Shown: piece by piece, positions 37,767 to 46,371 of the stretch
Numbering within the stretch: the stretch's first letter is position 1
Layout: every line of letters begins with the position of its first letter
From: Deltaproteobacteria bacterium
GTDB taxonomy: Bacteria; Desulfobacterota; Binatia; UBA1149; CAITLU01
Direction of reading: 5' to 3'
Assembly: GCA_016218925.1 (NCBI GenBank)
Contig: JACRCR010000160.1
Span: 23,677 to 87,676 of the forward strand
DNA length: 64,000 bases
The notes under the pieces: generated by a model
The model's input: only the letters and a program-made list of their open reading frames with translations
Told to the model about the DNA's origin: nothing
The model's database searches: none
Program-made: the position numbers and the translations under genes

Positions 37767-40328
37767 ATGGCCACACAGAGCGCACCGCGACCCCACCACG
37801 CCTTCAAGGAGCCGCACGGACTCTCGCCGCGCATCCAGTGGCTGCGCGACCACTACTTTCGCGGCCTGGGCCGTAGCTGGAACAACGAATTCACCTGCTG
37901 GACGACCGGTACGGCGTGGGACGTCGTCTACGACGAACTCGCCTACTACATCGTTCCCGAGACCTACGCCTTCTTTCAGACCTTCCGGTCCTCGACTCTG
38001 CAGGCGGCGCGTCCGGTTCCTCTCGAGGCCGACTTCTGGAATTGGAGTCTGCCCGAGCGGCGCGCGTGGCTGATCCGCAAGGTGATGGTCGACTGCGTGC
38101 CGCAGGAGGTGCTGCCCGGCGACCTGATAGCCGGAGCTCGGTTCAACATTCTGGTCTCGCGCGCCTGGACCAAGCGTGAGAGTGCGCGCCGCGATCGACT
38201 GGTCAACGGGCCGCACGCAATCCGCGCGGCGGTCAAGTGGTTCCACGAGCACGGCTACGGGAACAGCGGCGCCACTTCGGGTCATCTGATCCCGGGCCAC
38301 GCGCGCGCGTTGGAAATCGGCTGGAAGGGGATCCACGACGAGATCGAGAGCGCCTACGAGGCGCTGCCTGCGCGTGACAAGCGCGGCGCGAAAGGTGCCG
38401 AGCTGCGTGCGATGAAGACGGCCGCGACGATGTCTCGCGATGTCGCGGCGAAATATGCCGCGCTGTGCAGTCGCCTCGCCGATGAAGAAGCCGACCCGCT
38501 GCGCAAGTCCGAGTTGGTGGCGATGGCCGCCAACCTCGAGCGGGTTCCATGGCTGCCGCCGCGCAATTTCTGGGAGGCGCTGCAGGCACTGTGGATCAAC
38601 CACATGCTGATCATGAGCGACGAGAACTATCCGGGACCGGGCGTGAGCTTCGGCCGCATGGACCAGTACCTGCTTCCGTACTGGCAGCGCTCGCTCGCCG
38701 AAGGCATGGACCGCGAGTTCGGCAAGGAACTCCTCGAGTGTTTCTGGGTGCACGCCAACACCGCCTATGACGCGATGATCAGGATGGGCGGCAACCAGGG
38801 CATCACCGCGGGCTTCGGGCAGTTGATCAGTCTGTCCGGACTCGGCGCCGATGGGCGCGACATGACCAACGACCTCACCTACGCGATCCTCGAGGTCGTC
38901 GACGCGATGTCGCCGATCCTCGAACCCAAGCCCAACGTGCGGCTGCACCGCGGCACACCCGAAGTGCTGCTCGACAAGGTAGTCGAGATGATAGCCGCGA
39001 GTCAGGGCGCACCGTTTCTGCTCAACTTCGACGAACGCTCGATGGCCGGTATGCTGCGCGAGGCCAGGATGGCCGGCTGCGAGCACCTCATCCACGAAGG
39101 CAACGTACACGAGTACGCGTCGGTGGGTTGTCTGGAGAACACGATGGTCGGCAACGACCGATCGGGGACCGTCGATAGCAATCTCAACCTGCTGAAAGCC
39201 GTCGAACTGGCGCTGACCGGTGGCTGCGATCTGGTCCCGGCCGTGGATCCGCTCACCGGCAAGGCGGCGCGGATTACGCGCGACGGCGCGCATACGCCGC
39301 AGGCCGCTGACTTTGCCGGTTGGGAGGACTTCTGGGCGGCCTACGTCGAGCAGACCCGCGCGATCGTGCGGCGCTGTGTGGACCTCTACGAGCGCAGCGA
39401 GGCCGCGCGTGCGCAGTTCAGCCCGACGCCGTATCTGTCGTGTCTGGTCGGCGGATGCATCGAGCGCGGACTCGATATCACGCGGGGAGGCGCGGAGCTG
39501 AGCTTCACGACTATCGAGGCGGTCACGTTTGCGACCACGGTCGATTCGTTGCTGGCGATCAAGTACCTGGTGTTCGACGCCAAGAAAGCGACCATGATCG
39601 AACTGGTGCGGGCTCTGCGCGACAACTGGGAGGGGCACGAGACGCTGCAGGCGTGGGCCAAGTTCCGCGCGCCCAAGTACGGGCGCGACGACGACAGCGC
39701 CGACGCGATGGCACGCGACGTGATGACGGTGTGGACCGAGGAGACCTGGCGGCATCGCACCCGCTCTACCGGGCGCCAGTTCCGTCCGGGCATGCTGAGC
39801 TGGAACTACTGGGTGGGCGACGGCTACGTAATGGCCGCCAGCGCCGACGGACGGCCCAAAGGACGCTTCCTGTCCAACGCGATATGTCCTTCCAACGGAG
39901 CAGATACCAACGGCCCCACCGCCAACGCGAACTCGGTCGGCAAGGCGCTCGGTGGCAGGGCGCCCGCCGCCCGCGTTTCGGGCAGCGCCAAGGCCGGCGC
40001 GAAGCCCGGGGACTTCGGCGACTGGCAGGACTACGTCAACATGCTGCCCAACGGCGCCAGCCACACGATGACGTTCAGCCCGGCGCTGCTCCGGGACGCC
40101 GAGCACCGCGAGAAATTCAAGGCTTTTCTGCGCGGCTACTGCGAGAATGGCGGCACCGCCTTGCAGGTAAACGTGCTCGACGTCGAGACGCTCAAGGACG
40201 CGCAGAAACATCCCGAGGATTACCGTCACCTGCTGGTGCGCGTGACGGGCTACAATGCTTACTTCACGAGCATCGGCCGCGAGCTGCAAGACGAGATAAT
40301 CGCGCGCGAGATGCACCAGCAGATGTAA
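37767..40328 (+). CDS. Glycyl radical enzyme (PFL superfamily), subclass unassigned
   Basis: SFGRMDQYL.P, Cys loop SVGCLE (Cys455), PKYG.DD, ASADGR, Gly loop LVRVTGY (Gly828). Confidence 0.93.
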   Translation: MATQSAPRPHHAFKEPHGLSPRIQWLRDHYFRGLGRSWNNEFTCWTTGTAWDVVYDELAYYIVPETYAFFQTFRSSTLQAARPVPLEADFWNWSLPERRAWLIRKVMVDCVPQEVLPGDLIAGARFNILVSRAWTKRESARRDRLVNGPHAIRAAVKWFHEHGYGNSGATSGHLIPGHARALEIGWKGIHDEIESAYEALPARDKRGAKGAELRAMKTAATMSRDVAAKYAALCSRLADEEADPLRKSELVAMAANLERVPWLPPRNFWEALQALWINHMLIMSDENYPGPGVSFGRMDQYLLPYWQRSLAEGMDREFGKELLECFWVHANTAYDAMIRMGGNQGITAGFGQLISLSGLGADGRDMTNDLTYAILEVVDAMSPILEPKPNVRLHRGTPEVLLDKVVEMIAASQGAPFLLNFDERSMAGMLREARMAGCEHLIHEGNVHEYASVGCLENTMVGNDRSGTVDSNLNLLKAVELALTGGCDLVPAVDPLTGKAARITRDGAHTPQAADFAGWEDFWAAYVEQTRAIVRRCVDLYERSEAARAQFSPTPYLSCLVGGCIERGLDITRGGAELSFTTIEAVTFATTVDSLLAIKYLVFDAKKATMIELVRALRDNWEGHETLQAWAKFRAPKYGRDDDSADAMARDVMTVWTEETWRHRTRSTGRQFRPGMLSWNYWVGDGYVMAASADGRPKGRFLSNAICPSNGADTNGPTANANSVGKALGGRAPAARVSGSAKAGAKPGDFGDWQDYVNMLPNGASHTMTFSPALLRDAEHREKFKAFLRGYCENGGTALQVNVLDVETLKDAQKHPEDYRHLLVRVTGYNAYFTSIGRELQDEIIAREMHQQM

Positions 40329-40345
40329 GGGTCGTCGGGTCGAAC

Positions 40346-41338
40346 GTGACGGGATCTGACTGCTCCGCGCCGCTCGTCAGGACGGCAACCGTCCTGAACA
40401 TCCAGAGGATGTCGACCGAAGACGGCCCCGGCCTGCGCACGACGGTGTTCTTGAAAGGCTGCAGCCTGCAGTGTTCGTGGTGCCACAATCCAGAAGCGAT
40501 GTGCATGGGCCCGCAACTGGTCTGGCACTCGAGCAAGTGTATCGGCGCGGGAGCCTGCGAAGCCGTCTGTCCTGAAGATGCGATCGTGCGACGCGATGGC
40601 ACCATCATCGTCGATTCGGCTCGGTGCACGTTGTGCGGCGACTGCGTGGAGGGATGTCCGTCGGCGGCGATGGAGATCCTCGGGACCGTCTGGGAGCTGG
40701 ATGCGCTGGTCGCGGAGGTCGCCAAGGATCGCAGCTATTTCGACATCTCGGGCGGCGGAGTCACGATCTCGGGCGGCGAACCGGGGCTGCAGGCGCCGTT
40801 CGTCGGCGCGTTCCTCGATCGCTGCCGCGCGCTCGGGCTCGGCACTGCGGTCGACACGGCAGGGCTGATCTCGCGCACTGCGCTGGTCGAACTGGCCCGG
40901 CGCAGCGATGTCGTGCTCTACGACCTCAAGGAAATCGATTCGGGTCGGCACGCCTGCGTGACCGGTCAGCCTAACGAGCGCATTCTGGGCAATGTGATCG
41001 CACTGGGAGAACTGATGCGCGCCGAGGGATGTCCACGCGACCTGTGGATCCGAACGCCGCTGATCCCCGGCGTGACCGCGACCGAAGAGAACCTGCGAGG
41101 CATCGGCGCGTTTCTCGCCGAGCACCTGGCCGGGGTCGTCTCGCGCTGGGAACTGTGCGCGTTCAACAACCTCGCGGCAGACAAGTACGGACGTCTGGGT
41201 CTGGAGTGGCCGTTTCAGGGCGTACCGTTGCTGACCCGGCAGCAACTGCGCGACGCCGAGAATGTCGCGCGTGACTCGGGCGTGGATCCCGCCATCGTCA
41301 TCGCCACCGGACGCACCCGTGTCGGAGAAGGCGAGTGA
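40346..41338 (+). CDS. GRE-activating enzyme (radical SAM with ferredoxin insert)
   Basis: IQRMSTEDGPGLRTTVFLKGCSLQCSWCHNPE, GGVTISGGEP, RTPLIPG. Confidence 0.93.
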   Translation: MTGSDCSAPLVRTATVLNIQRMSTEDGPGLRTTVFLKGCSLQCSWCHNPEAMCMGPQLVWHSSKCIGAGACEAVCPEDAIVRRDGTIIVDSARCTLCGDCVEGCPSAAMEILGTVWELDALVAEVAKDRSYFDISGGGVTISGGEPGLQAPFVGAFLDRCRALGLGTAVDTAGLISRTALVELARRSDVVLYDLKEIDSGRHACVTGQPNERILGNVIALGELMRAEGCPRDLWIRTPLIPGVTATEENLRGIGAFLAEHLAGVVSRWELCAFNNLAADKYGRLGLEWPFQGVPLLTRQQLRDAENVARDSGVDPAIVIATGRTRVGEGE

Positions 41339-42255
41339 GCGTCGAGACGGCGACAGCACGGGAGGTGGATAGCGTGACAGCCAGCGCAGCTCTAGGCGAA
41401 GACGCCGTGCGCGCGTTCGAGAACGACGCCAAGATCGCGTTGCTCGCCACTCTCGACGCCGATGGCAAACCCCACCTCAGCCTCATCACGTCGCTGCAGG
41501 CGCGAACTCCCGGCGAACTGATGTTCGGCCAGTTCAGCGAGGGACTGAGCAAGCAGCATCTTCGCGCGGATCCGCGCGCCGGCTTCCTGGTGATGAGCAA
41601 GGACCGCCGAATATGGCGCGGGAGCGCACGGTGGACCCACGCCGCCAAGCACGGTGACGAATACGAACTCTACAACCAGAAACCGATGTTCCGCTACAAC
41701 GCGTACTTCGGCATCCACACCGTGCATTATCTCGACCTCGTCGCACTCGGTGGCGAGGAAAAGTTCGATGCGGGGTCGTTCGTGCGTGGACTGCTGACCA
41801 CCTCGCTGGTGCGCCGCCTGGTCGGCGGCAGCGCTGGCGAGCGCATCTTGACGCCGTGGGCCGAGCGGCACATCGGCCGCGCGCGCACGCTGAAGTTCCT
41901 CGCTTACGTGGGCGGCGACGGGTACCCGGCGATCATCCCGCTGGTGCCGTGTCTGCCGGCTGACAGCGCCCGCCTGGTCGTCGCCGGCTCGGTGCACCCC
42001 GGCGAGTTCGATGCGCTCGGCCGCGGGACCACTTGCGCGCTCTACGCACTGAACCTCGAAATGGAGAGCGTGCTCGTGCGCGGGCGCTGGTCGGGGGTCG
42101 GCCGCTACGCCGGTCTGCGAGCCGCGACGCTCGACATCGACTGGGTCTACAACTCGATGCCTCCGAGCCACGGCGTGATCTATCCTCCTACCGTGCTCTC
42201 TCCCGTCACCGAGTCGGACTACACAGCGGCTGATCCTCAATCCTCCGGCATATGA
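41335..42255 (+). CDS. Pyridoxamine-5'-phosphate-oxidase-like (flavin split-barrel) protein, two tandem domains
   Basis: KIALLATLDADGKPH in the N-half, LKFLAYVGGDGYP in the C-half; GTGA/ATGA overlaps on both sides. Confidence 0.72.
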   Translation: MSVETATAREVDSVTASAALGEDAVRAFENDAKIALLATLDADGKPHLSLITSLQARTPGELMFGQFSEGLSKQHLRADPRAGFLVMSKDRRIWRGSARWTHAAKHGDEYELYNQKPMFRYNAYFGIHTVHYLDLVALGGEEKFDAGSFVRGLLTTSLVRRLVGGSAGERILTPWAERHIGRARTLKFLAYVGGDGYPAIIPLVPCLPADSARLVVAGSVHPGEFDALGRGTTCALYALNLEMESVLVRGRWSGVGRYAGLRAATLDIDWVYNSMPPSHGVIYPPTVLSPVTESDYTAADPQSSGI

Positions 42256-43577
42256 CCGAGGTTCCGTCCGACCACACGTTGCCGCCGCGGGCGTTCCACT
42301 TGCTCGCCAAGCCGACCGGTGCGATCTGCAATCTCGACTGCGACTACTGCTTCTTCCTCTCCAAGGAGTCGCTCTATCCCGGCAGCCGCTTCCGGATGGC
42401 GGACGAGCTGCTCGACTCCTACATCCGCCAGCTGATCGGGGCTCAGCAGTGCCAGGAGGTGTCGGTGGCGTGGCAGGGCGGAGAACCGATGCTGATGGGT
42501 TTGGACTTCTTCCGCCGGTCCATCCAGTACCAGAACAAGTATCGCCGGCCCGGGATGACGATCTCGAACACCATCCAGACCAACGGCACGCTGATCGACG
42601 ACGAGTGGGCCGCGTTCTTCGCCGAGAACGACTTCCTGGTCGGCATCAGCATCGACGGTCCACGCGGGATGCACGATGCCTACCGGCGCGACAAGGCCGG
42701 CGAGCCGACCTTCGATCGCGTCGTTCGCGGTCTCGACCTTCTTCGCGATCACGGCGTGGAGTTCAACGCGCTGGTGACGCTGCACCGCGCCAACGCCGAC
42801 CATCCGCTCGAGGTCTACCGCTTCCTGCGAGATGACCTGGGCATACGGCACATCCAACTCATCCCGATCGTGGAACGCGTGGCCGAGAGCGAAACCGGCG
42901 AAGCGGCGGCGGGAGAGCACGGCGAGCGAGGCGCTGACACGTACGGGAGCGATCGGCCGCCGCGCACCCAACGCGGCGATGCGGTCACCGAGCGCTCGAT
43001 CACGGCAGAGCAGTACGGTCGCTTCCTGATCGCGATCTTCGAGGAGTGGGTCCGCCGCGACGTAGCGGAAGTCTACGTCGATCTGTTCGATGTCGCGCTC
43101 GCCAATTGGATGGGAGAACCGTCCGGTTCCTGCGTCTTCTCGCCGACCTGCGGGCTCGCTCTGGCGATGGAACACAACGGTGACGTGTATTCGTGCGACC
43201 ACTTCGTGGAGCCCGAGTACTTGCTTGGCAACATCGCCGACACACCGATGAGCGAGCTGGTCGCATCGACCAGGCAGCGCAGGTTCGGCCACGACAAACT
43301 CGACACGCTGCCAGACTACTGCCGTCGCTGCTCGGTGCGCTTTGCCTGTCATGGCGGCTGCCCCAAAGACCGGTTCGTCCTCACTCCGGACGGCGAGCCG
43401 GGACTGAACTACCTGTGCGCCGGATACATGGCGTTCTTCGAGCACGTCGACAGGCCGATGCGCATCATGACCGAGCTGGCGCGCCGAAGACGCGCGCCGG
43501 CCGAGATCATGCAGCTATATGCCGCCGAGGACGCCGAACGCGATGCCGCGCGCATTGCTCCCTCGACGCGCTGTTAG
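42252..43577 (+). CDS. Anaerobic sulfatase-maturating enzyme (radical SAM/SPASM)
   Basis: AKPTGAICNLDCDYC, WQGGEP, IQTNGTL, SCDHFV, C..C....CHGGCPKDR, NYLC.GY. Confidence 0.93.
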   Translation: MTEVPSDHTLPPRAFHLLAKPTGAICNLDCDYCFFLSKESLYPGSRFRMADELLDSYIRQLIGAQQCQEVSVAWQGGEPMLMGLDFFRRSIQYQNKYRRPGMTISNTIQTNGTLIDDEWAAFFAENDFLVGISIDGPRGMHDAYRRDKAGEPTFDRVVRGLDLLRDHGVEFNALVTLHRANADHPLEVYRFLRDDLGIRHIQLIPIVERVAESETGEAAAGEHGERGADTYGSDRPPRTQRGDAVTERSITAEQYGRFLIAIFEEWVRRDVAEVYVDLFDVALANWMGEPSGSCVFSPTCGLALAMEHNGDVYSCDHFVEPEYLLGNIADTPMSELVASTRQRRFGHDKLDTLPDYCRRCSVRFACHGGCPKDRFVLTPDGEPGLNYLCAGYMAFFEHVDRPMRIMTELARRRRAPAEIMQLYAAEDAERDAARIAPSTRC

Positions 43578-45967
43578 ACGCGGATCCCGAGCGCTTGCAG
43601 GAAGCGCATGCTTTCGAGCGGCGTGAAGGGCGCCGGGTCGATGTCGAAGCGCGCGCGCAGCAGCTTTCCCTGGAACGGATTGGCGCCCTTGTACAGCGTG
43701 GAGACCTGGTTGCCGAGGTCGGCCCCGAGCGAGAAGCCGTCGTAGGAAGTCACCAGCAGCACCCGATTGAAGGTGTGTTCGGCCACCTTGCGGTCGCCGA
43801 TGTACAGCGAGCCCGTGCCCTCGAATGGCCGCGCCGTCATCTTCTGCACGTACCGCACGGTGAGCGGTCCGTCCGGCAGCGTTTCGCTCGACTCGATGCG
43901 TTCGACGAACGGGACCGCGCTCTGCTCGTAGCGCAGCTTGCCGCCGTGGATGAAGAACGTGTAGCCCGCGTGCTTGGAGCCGCAGGCCAGCAGCACGCCG
44001 TCGCCGCGGCCGGGCGCGCGCTCGATGTCGACCGTGATCGTGTGGTCGCAGCCGGCGATGTACGGCGAGGTGTGCGCGGACAGCCGCTCCACCGGAGGGT
44101 GGAACTCCCACACCTTGCGCGTGCCGCGGCGCTGGCGGTCCTGCGCCATCTTGATGATCAGGTTGCGATCGTCGAGCGGGAAGGCCCCGTACTTCTCGGC
44201 GTCCTTCGTCCACCTGGCGACCATCTCGCTGACTTTGTCGGGCATCTTCGCGGCGAGGTCGTGGAGTTCGTTGGGATCCTTGGACAGGTCGTAGAGCTCC
44301 CAGACATCGTCCTCAAACGGCTTGCCGCGCTCGTGGCGGGTTACCAGGCGCCAGTTGCCGTCGAGGTAGGCGCGCTGGCCGCCCAGTTCGAAGTACTGCG
44401 AGGTGCGCGTCGGCGCCGCCGCGTCCGTGAAGGTCGCGACGATGCTCGCGCCTTCCAGCGGCTTCAGCCTGCGGCCACGGTAGACGTCGGGCCTCTTCAC
44501 TCCCACCGCCTCCAGGATCGTCGGGTACAGGTCGATCACGTGGACGAAGTTGCGGCGGACCTGTCCGCGTGCCGCGATCTGTTTCGGCCACGAGATGATC
44601 AGCGGGTCGGCCACTCCGCCGAGGTGCGTGTACTGCTTGTACATGCGAAAAGGCGTGTTCGACGCGCACGACCAGCCGATCGGGTAGTGGGGGAAGGTCT
44701 CGTCCTGTCCCATCGTGTCGTAGAACTCGGCGGCTTTCTCGACCGGGATCGGATAACCGAGCGCTGAGGCCAGTACATTCGGCGTTCCGGTCGGCGTGCC
44801 CTCGGCCGAAGCGCCGTTGTCGGAGAGCAGTACGACGAGCGTGTTCTCGCGCTCGCGGATCTCTTCGAGCGAAGTGAGCAACCGGCCGATGTTGGCGTCG
44901 AGACTGGAGACCAGGCCGGCGTAGACTTCCATGTAGCGGCTGTAGACGCGCCTTTCGATGTCAGTGAGCGTGTCCCAGGGCTCGGCGCCGGGCGACAGCG
45001 GCGGCAGCTCGCTGGTTTCGGGCACGACACCGAGTTTGCGCTGGCGCTCGAGCCTCGCCTTGCGCACTACGTCCCAGCCCTGGTCGTACATCCCGTGGTA
45101 GGCATCGCGATCGCGCGCGCGCACCTGCAGCGGCGAGTGCGCGGCGGGGTAGGCCACCTGGAGGAAGAACGGCTTGTTGGGGGTGAGCGTCTTCTGCGTG
45201 CGAACGTAAGCGATCGCGCGGTCGGTGAGGTCGTCGAGTGCGTAGTAATCGTCCTTCTCGGCATGCTCGACGGGGCTGACTCCGTCGATCAATTCGGAAG
45301 GCTTGAAGTAGTCGGTGGAGTGCCCCTGGAACCAGAATGCGCGTTCGAAGCCGCGGTTGGTCGGCCAGTTGTGGTACGGACCGACCGCGCTGCACGAGGC
45401 CGCCACGTTCATGTGCCACTTGCCGACGTGCAGCGTGGACCAGCCGGCGTCGCGCAGGACTTCCGCCGTGGTGGCCGCCTCCAAGGTGAGGTCGCCGCGG
45501 TATCCGGGGTAGCCGCTGTCGAGGTCGGCGAGCCAGCCCATGCCGGCCGAGTGATGGTTGAGGCCGGTGTTGAGCGCCGCCCGCGTGGGCGAGCACATCG
45601 CGCAGGTGCGGAAGTTCGTGTACTGCAGGCCGTCCTTGGCCAGTGCGTCCATGTTCGGAGTGCGGATCTCGCTGCCGTAGACGCCCAGGTCCGAGAAGCC
45701 GACGTCGTCGATGACGATCACCACGATGTTGGGGGCACCGGCCGGGGCCTCCAACTCGCCCGCGTAGGCTGGACGCGAGTCCGCGAACGATTCGGCGACC
45801 TCGGCGGCCTGGCCCGCGCCAACCGCCTCGGGCGTGCGCAGTTTGCGGGTCTTCTCCTGCACGGTGAGCAGGCCCTTTGCGCCGAGGGCTGTCACCACCG
45901 CGCCTCCGGTGGCGCCGATCAGGAAAGAGCGCCGGTCGATCCGTTTGCTGTTGCCGTCGTCCGCCAT
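43574..45967 (-). CDS. Arylsulfatase (Cys-type, Tat signal)
   Basis: IDRRSFL twin-Arg, PNIVVIVIDDVGFSD, CSPTRAALNTG FGly motif, GKWH, SDNG. Confidence 0.93.
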   Translation of the reverse strand: MADDGNSKRIDRRSFLIGATGGAVVTALGAKGLLTVQEKTRKLRTPEAVGAGQAAEVAESFADSRPAYAGELEAPAGAPNIVVIVIDDVGFSDLGVYGSEIRTPNMDALAKDGLQYTNFRTCAMCSPTRAALNTGLNHHSAGMGWLADLDSGYPGYRGDLTLEAATTAEVLRDAGWSTLHVGKWHMNVAASCSAVGPYHNWPTNRGFERAFWFQGHSTDYFKPSELIDGVSPVEHAEKDDYYALDDLTDRAIAYVRTQKTLTPNKPFFLQVAYPAAHSPLQVRARDRDAYHGMYDQGWDVVRKARLERQRKLGVVPETSELPPLSPGAEPWDTLTDIERRVYSRYMEVYAGLVSSLDANIGRLLTSLEEIRERENTLVVLLSDNGASAEGTPTGTPNVLASALGYPIPVEKAAEFYDTMGQDETFPHYPIGWSCASNTPFRMYKQYTHLGGVADPLIISWPKQIAARGQVRRNFVHVIDLYPTILEAVGVKRPDVYRGRRLKPLEGASIVATFTDAAAPTRTSQYFELGGQRAYLDGNWRLVTRHERGKPFEDDVWELYDLSKDPNELHDLAAKMPDKVSEMVARWTKDAEKYGAFPLDDRNLIIKMAQDRQRRGTRKVWEFHPPVERLSAHTSPYIAGCDHTITVDIERAPGRGDGVLLACGSKHAGYTFFIHGGKLRYEQSAVPFVERIESSETLPDGPLTVRYVQKMTARPFEGTGSLYIGDRKVAEHTFNRVLLVTSYDGFSLGADLGNQVSTLYKGANPFQGKLLRARFDIDPAPFTPLESMRFLQALGIRV

Positions 45968-46371
45968 GTCGATTCCTCGGGCGGACGGCCTGACAGGCGG
46001 CGTCCGCATTGCTGGTTGAGAAAGTGAAAAATTTGCCCGGGTGGCGGTCAGAGCCTGGGCTGCGTCGAGTTGCCCGAGTCCGACGCGCCCTTCCGAGGCG
46101 GCCCACCATGCCTGCGTTCCGATCGCGTGACAACGCTTCGTCGCCCGGTAGGGCGAGACCTCGATCATCCGACCCACTCGAGGTCCGTCTCGGGAGCTTG
46201 CTGCGACATCGCTCCGTGCGGTGGTTCTGCGAAGACGCCTGCCGCGGCGAGCCGGTGGCGCAGGGGCATCGCCCTCAGCCGCGACAAGCGCTCGCAAGAC
46301 AACCTCTCTCCCTGACATCGCCACCGCACCGGGATAGGATCCGAGCGAAAACGTTGGAGCGGGGTGTCGCC

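Noticed and set aside
37767-40328. Calling the GRE pflB, cutC, hypD or bssA
   Set aside because: No CC pair, no small subunits or microcompartment genes; specificity residues cannot be verified by eye
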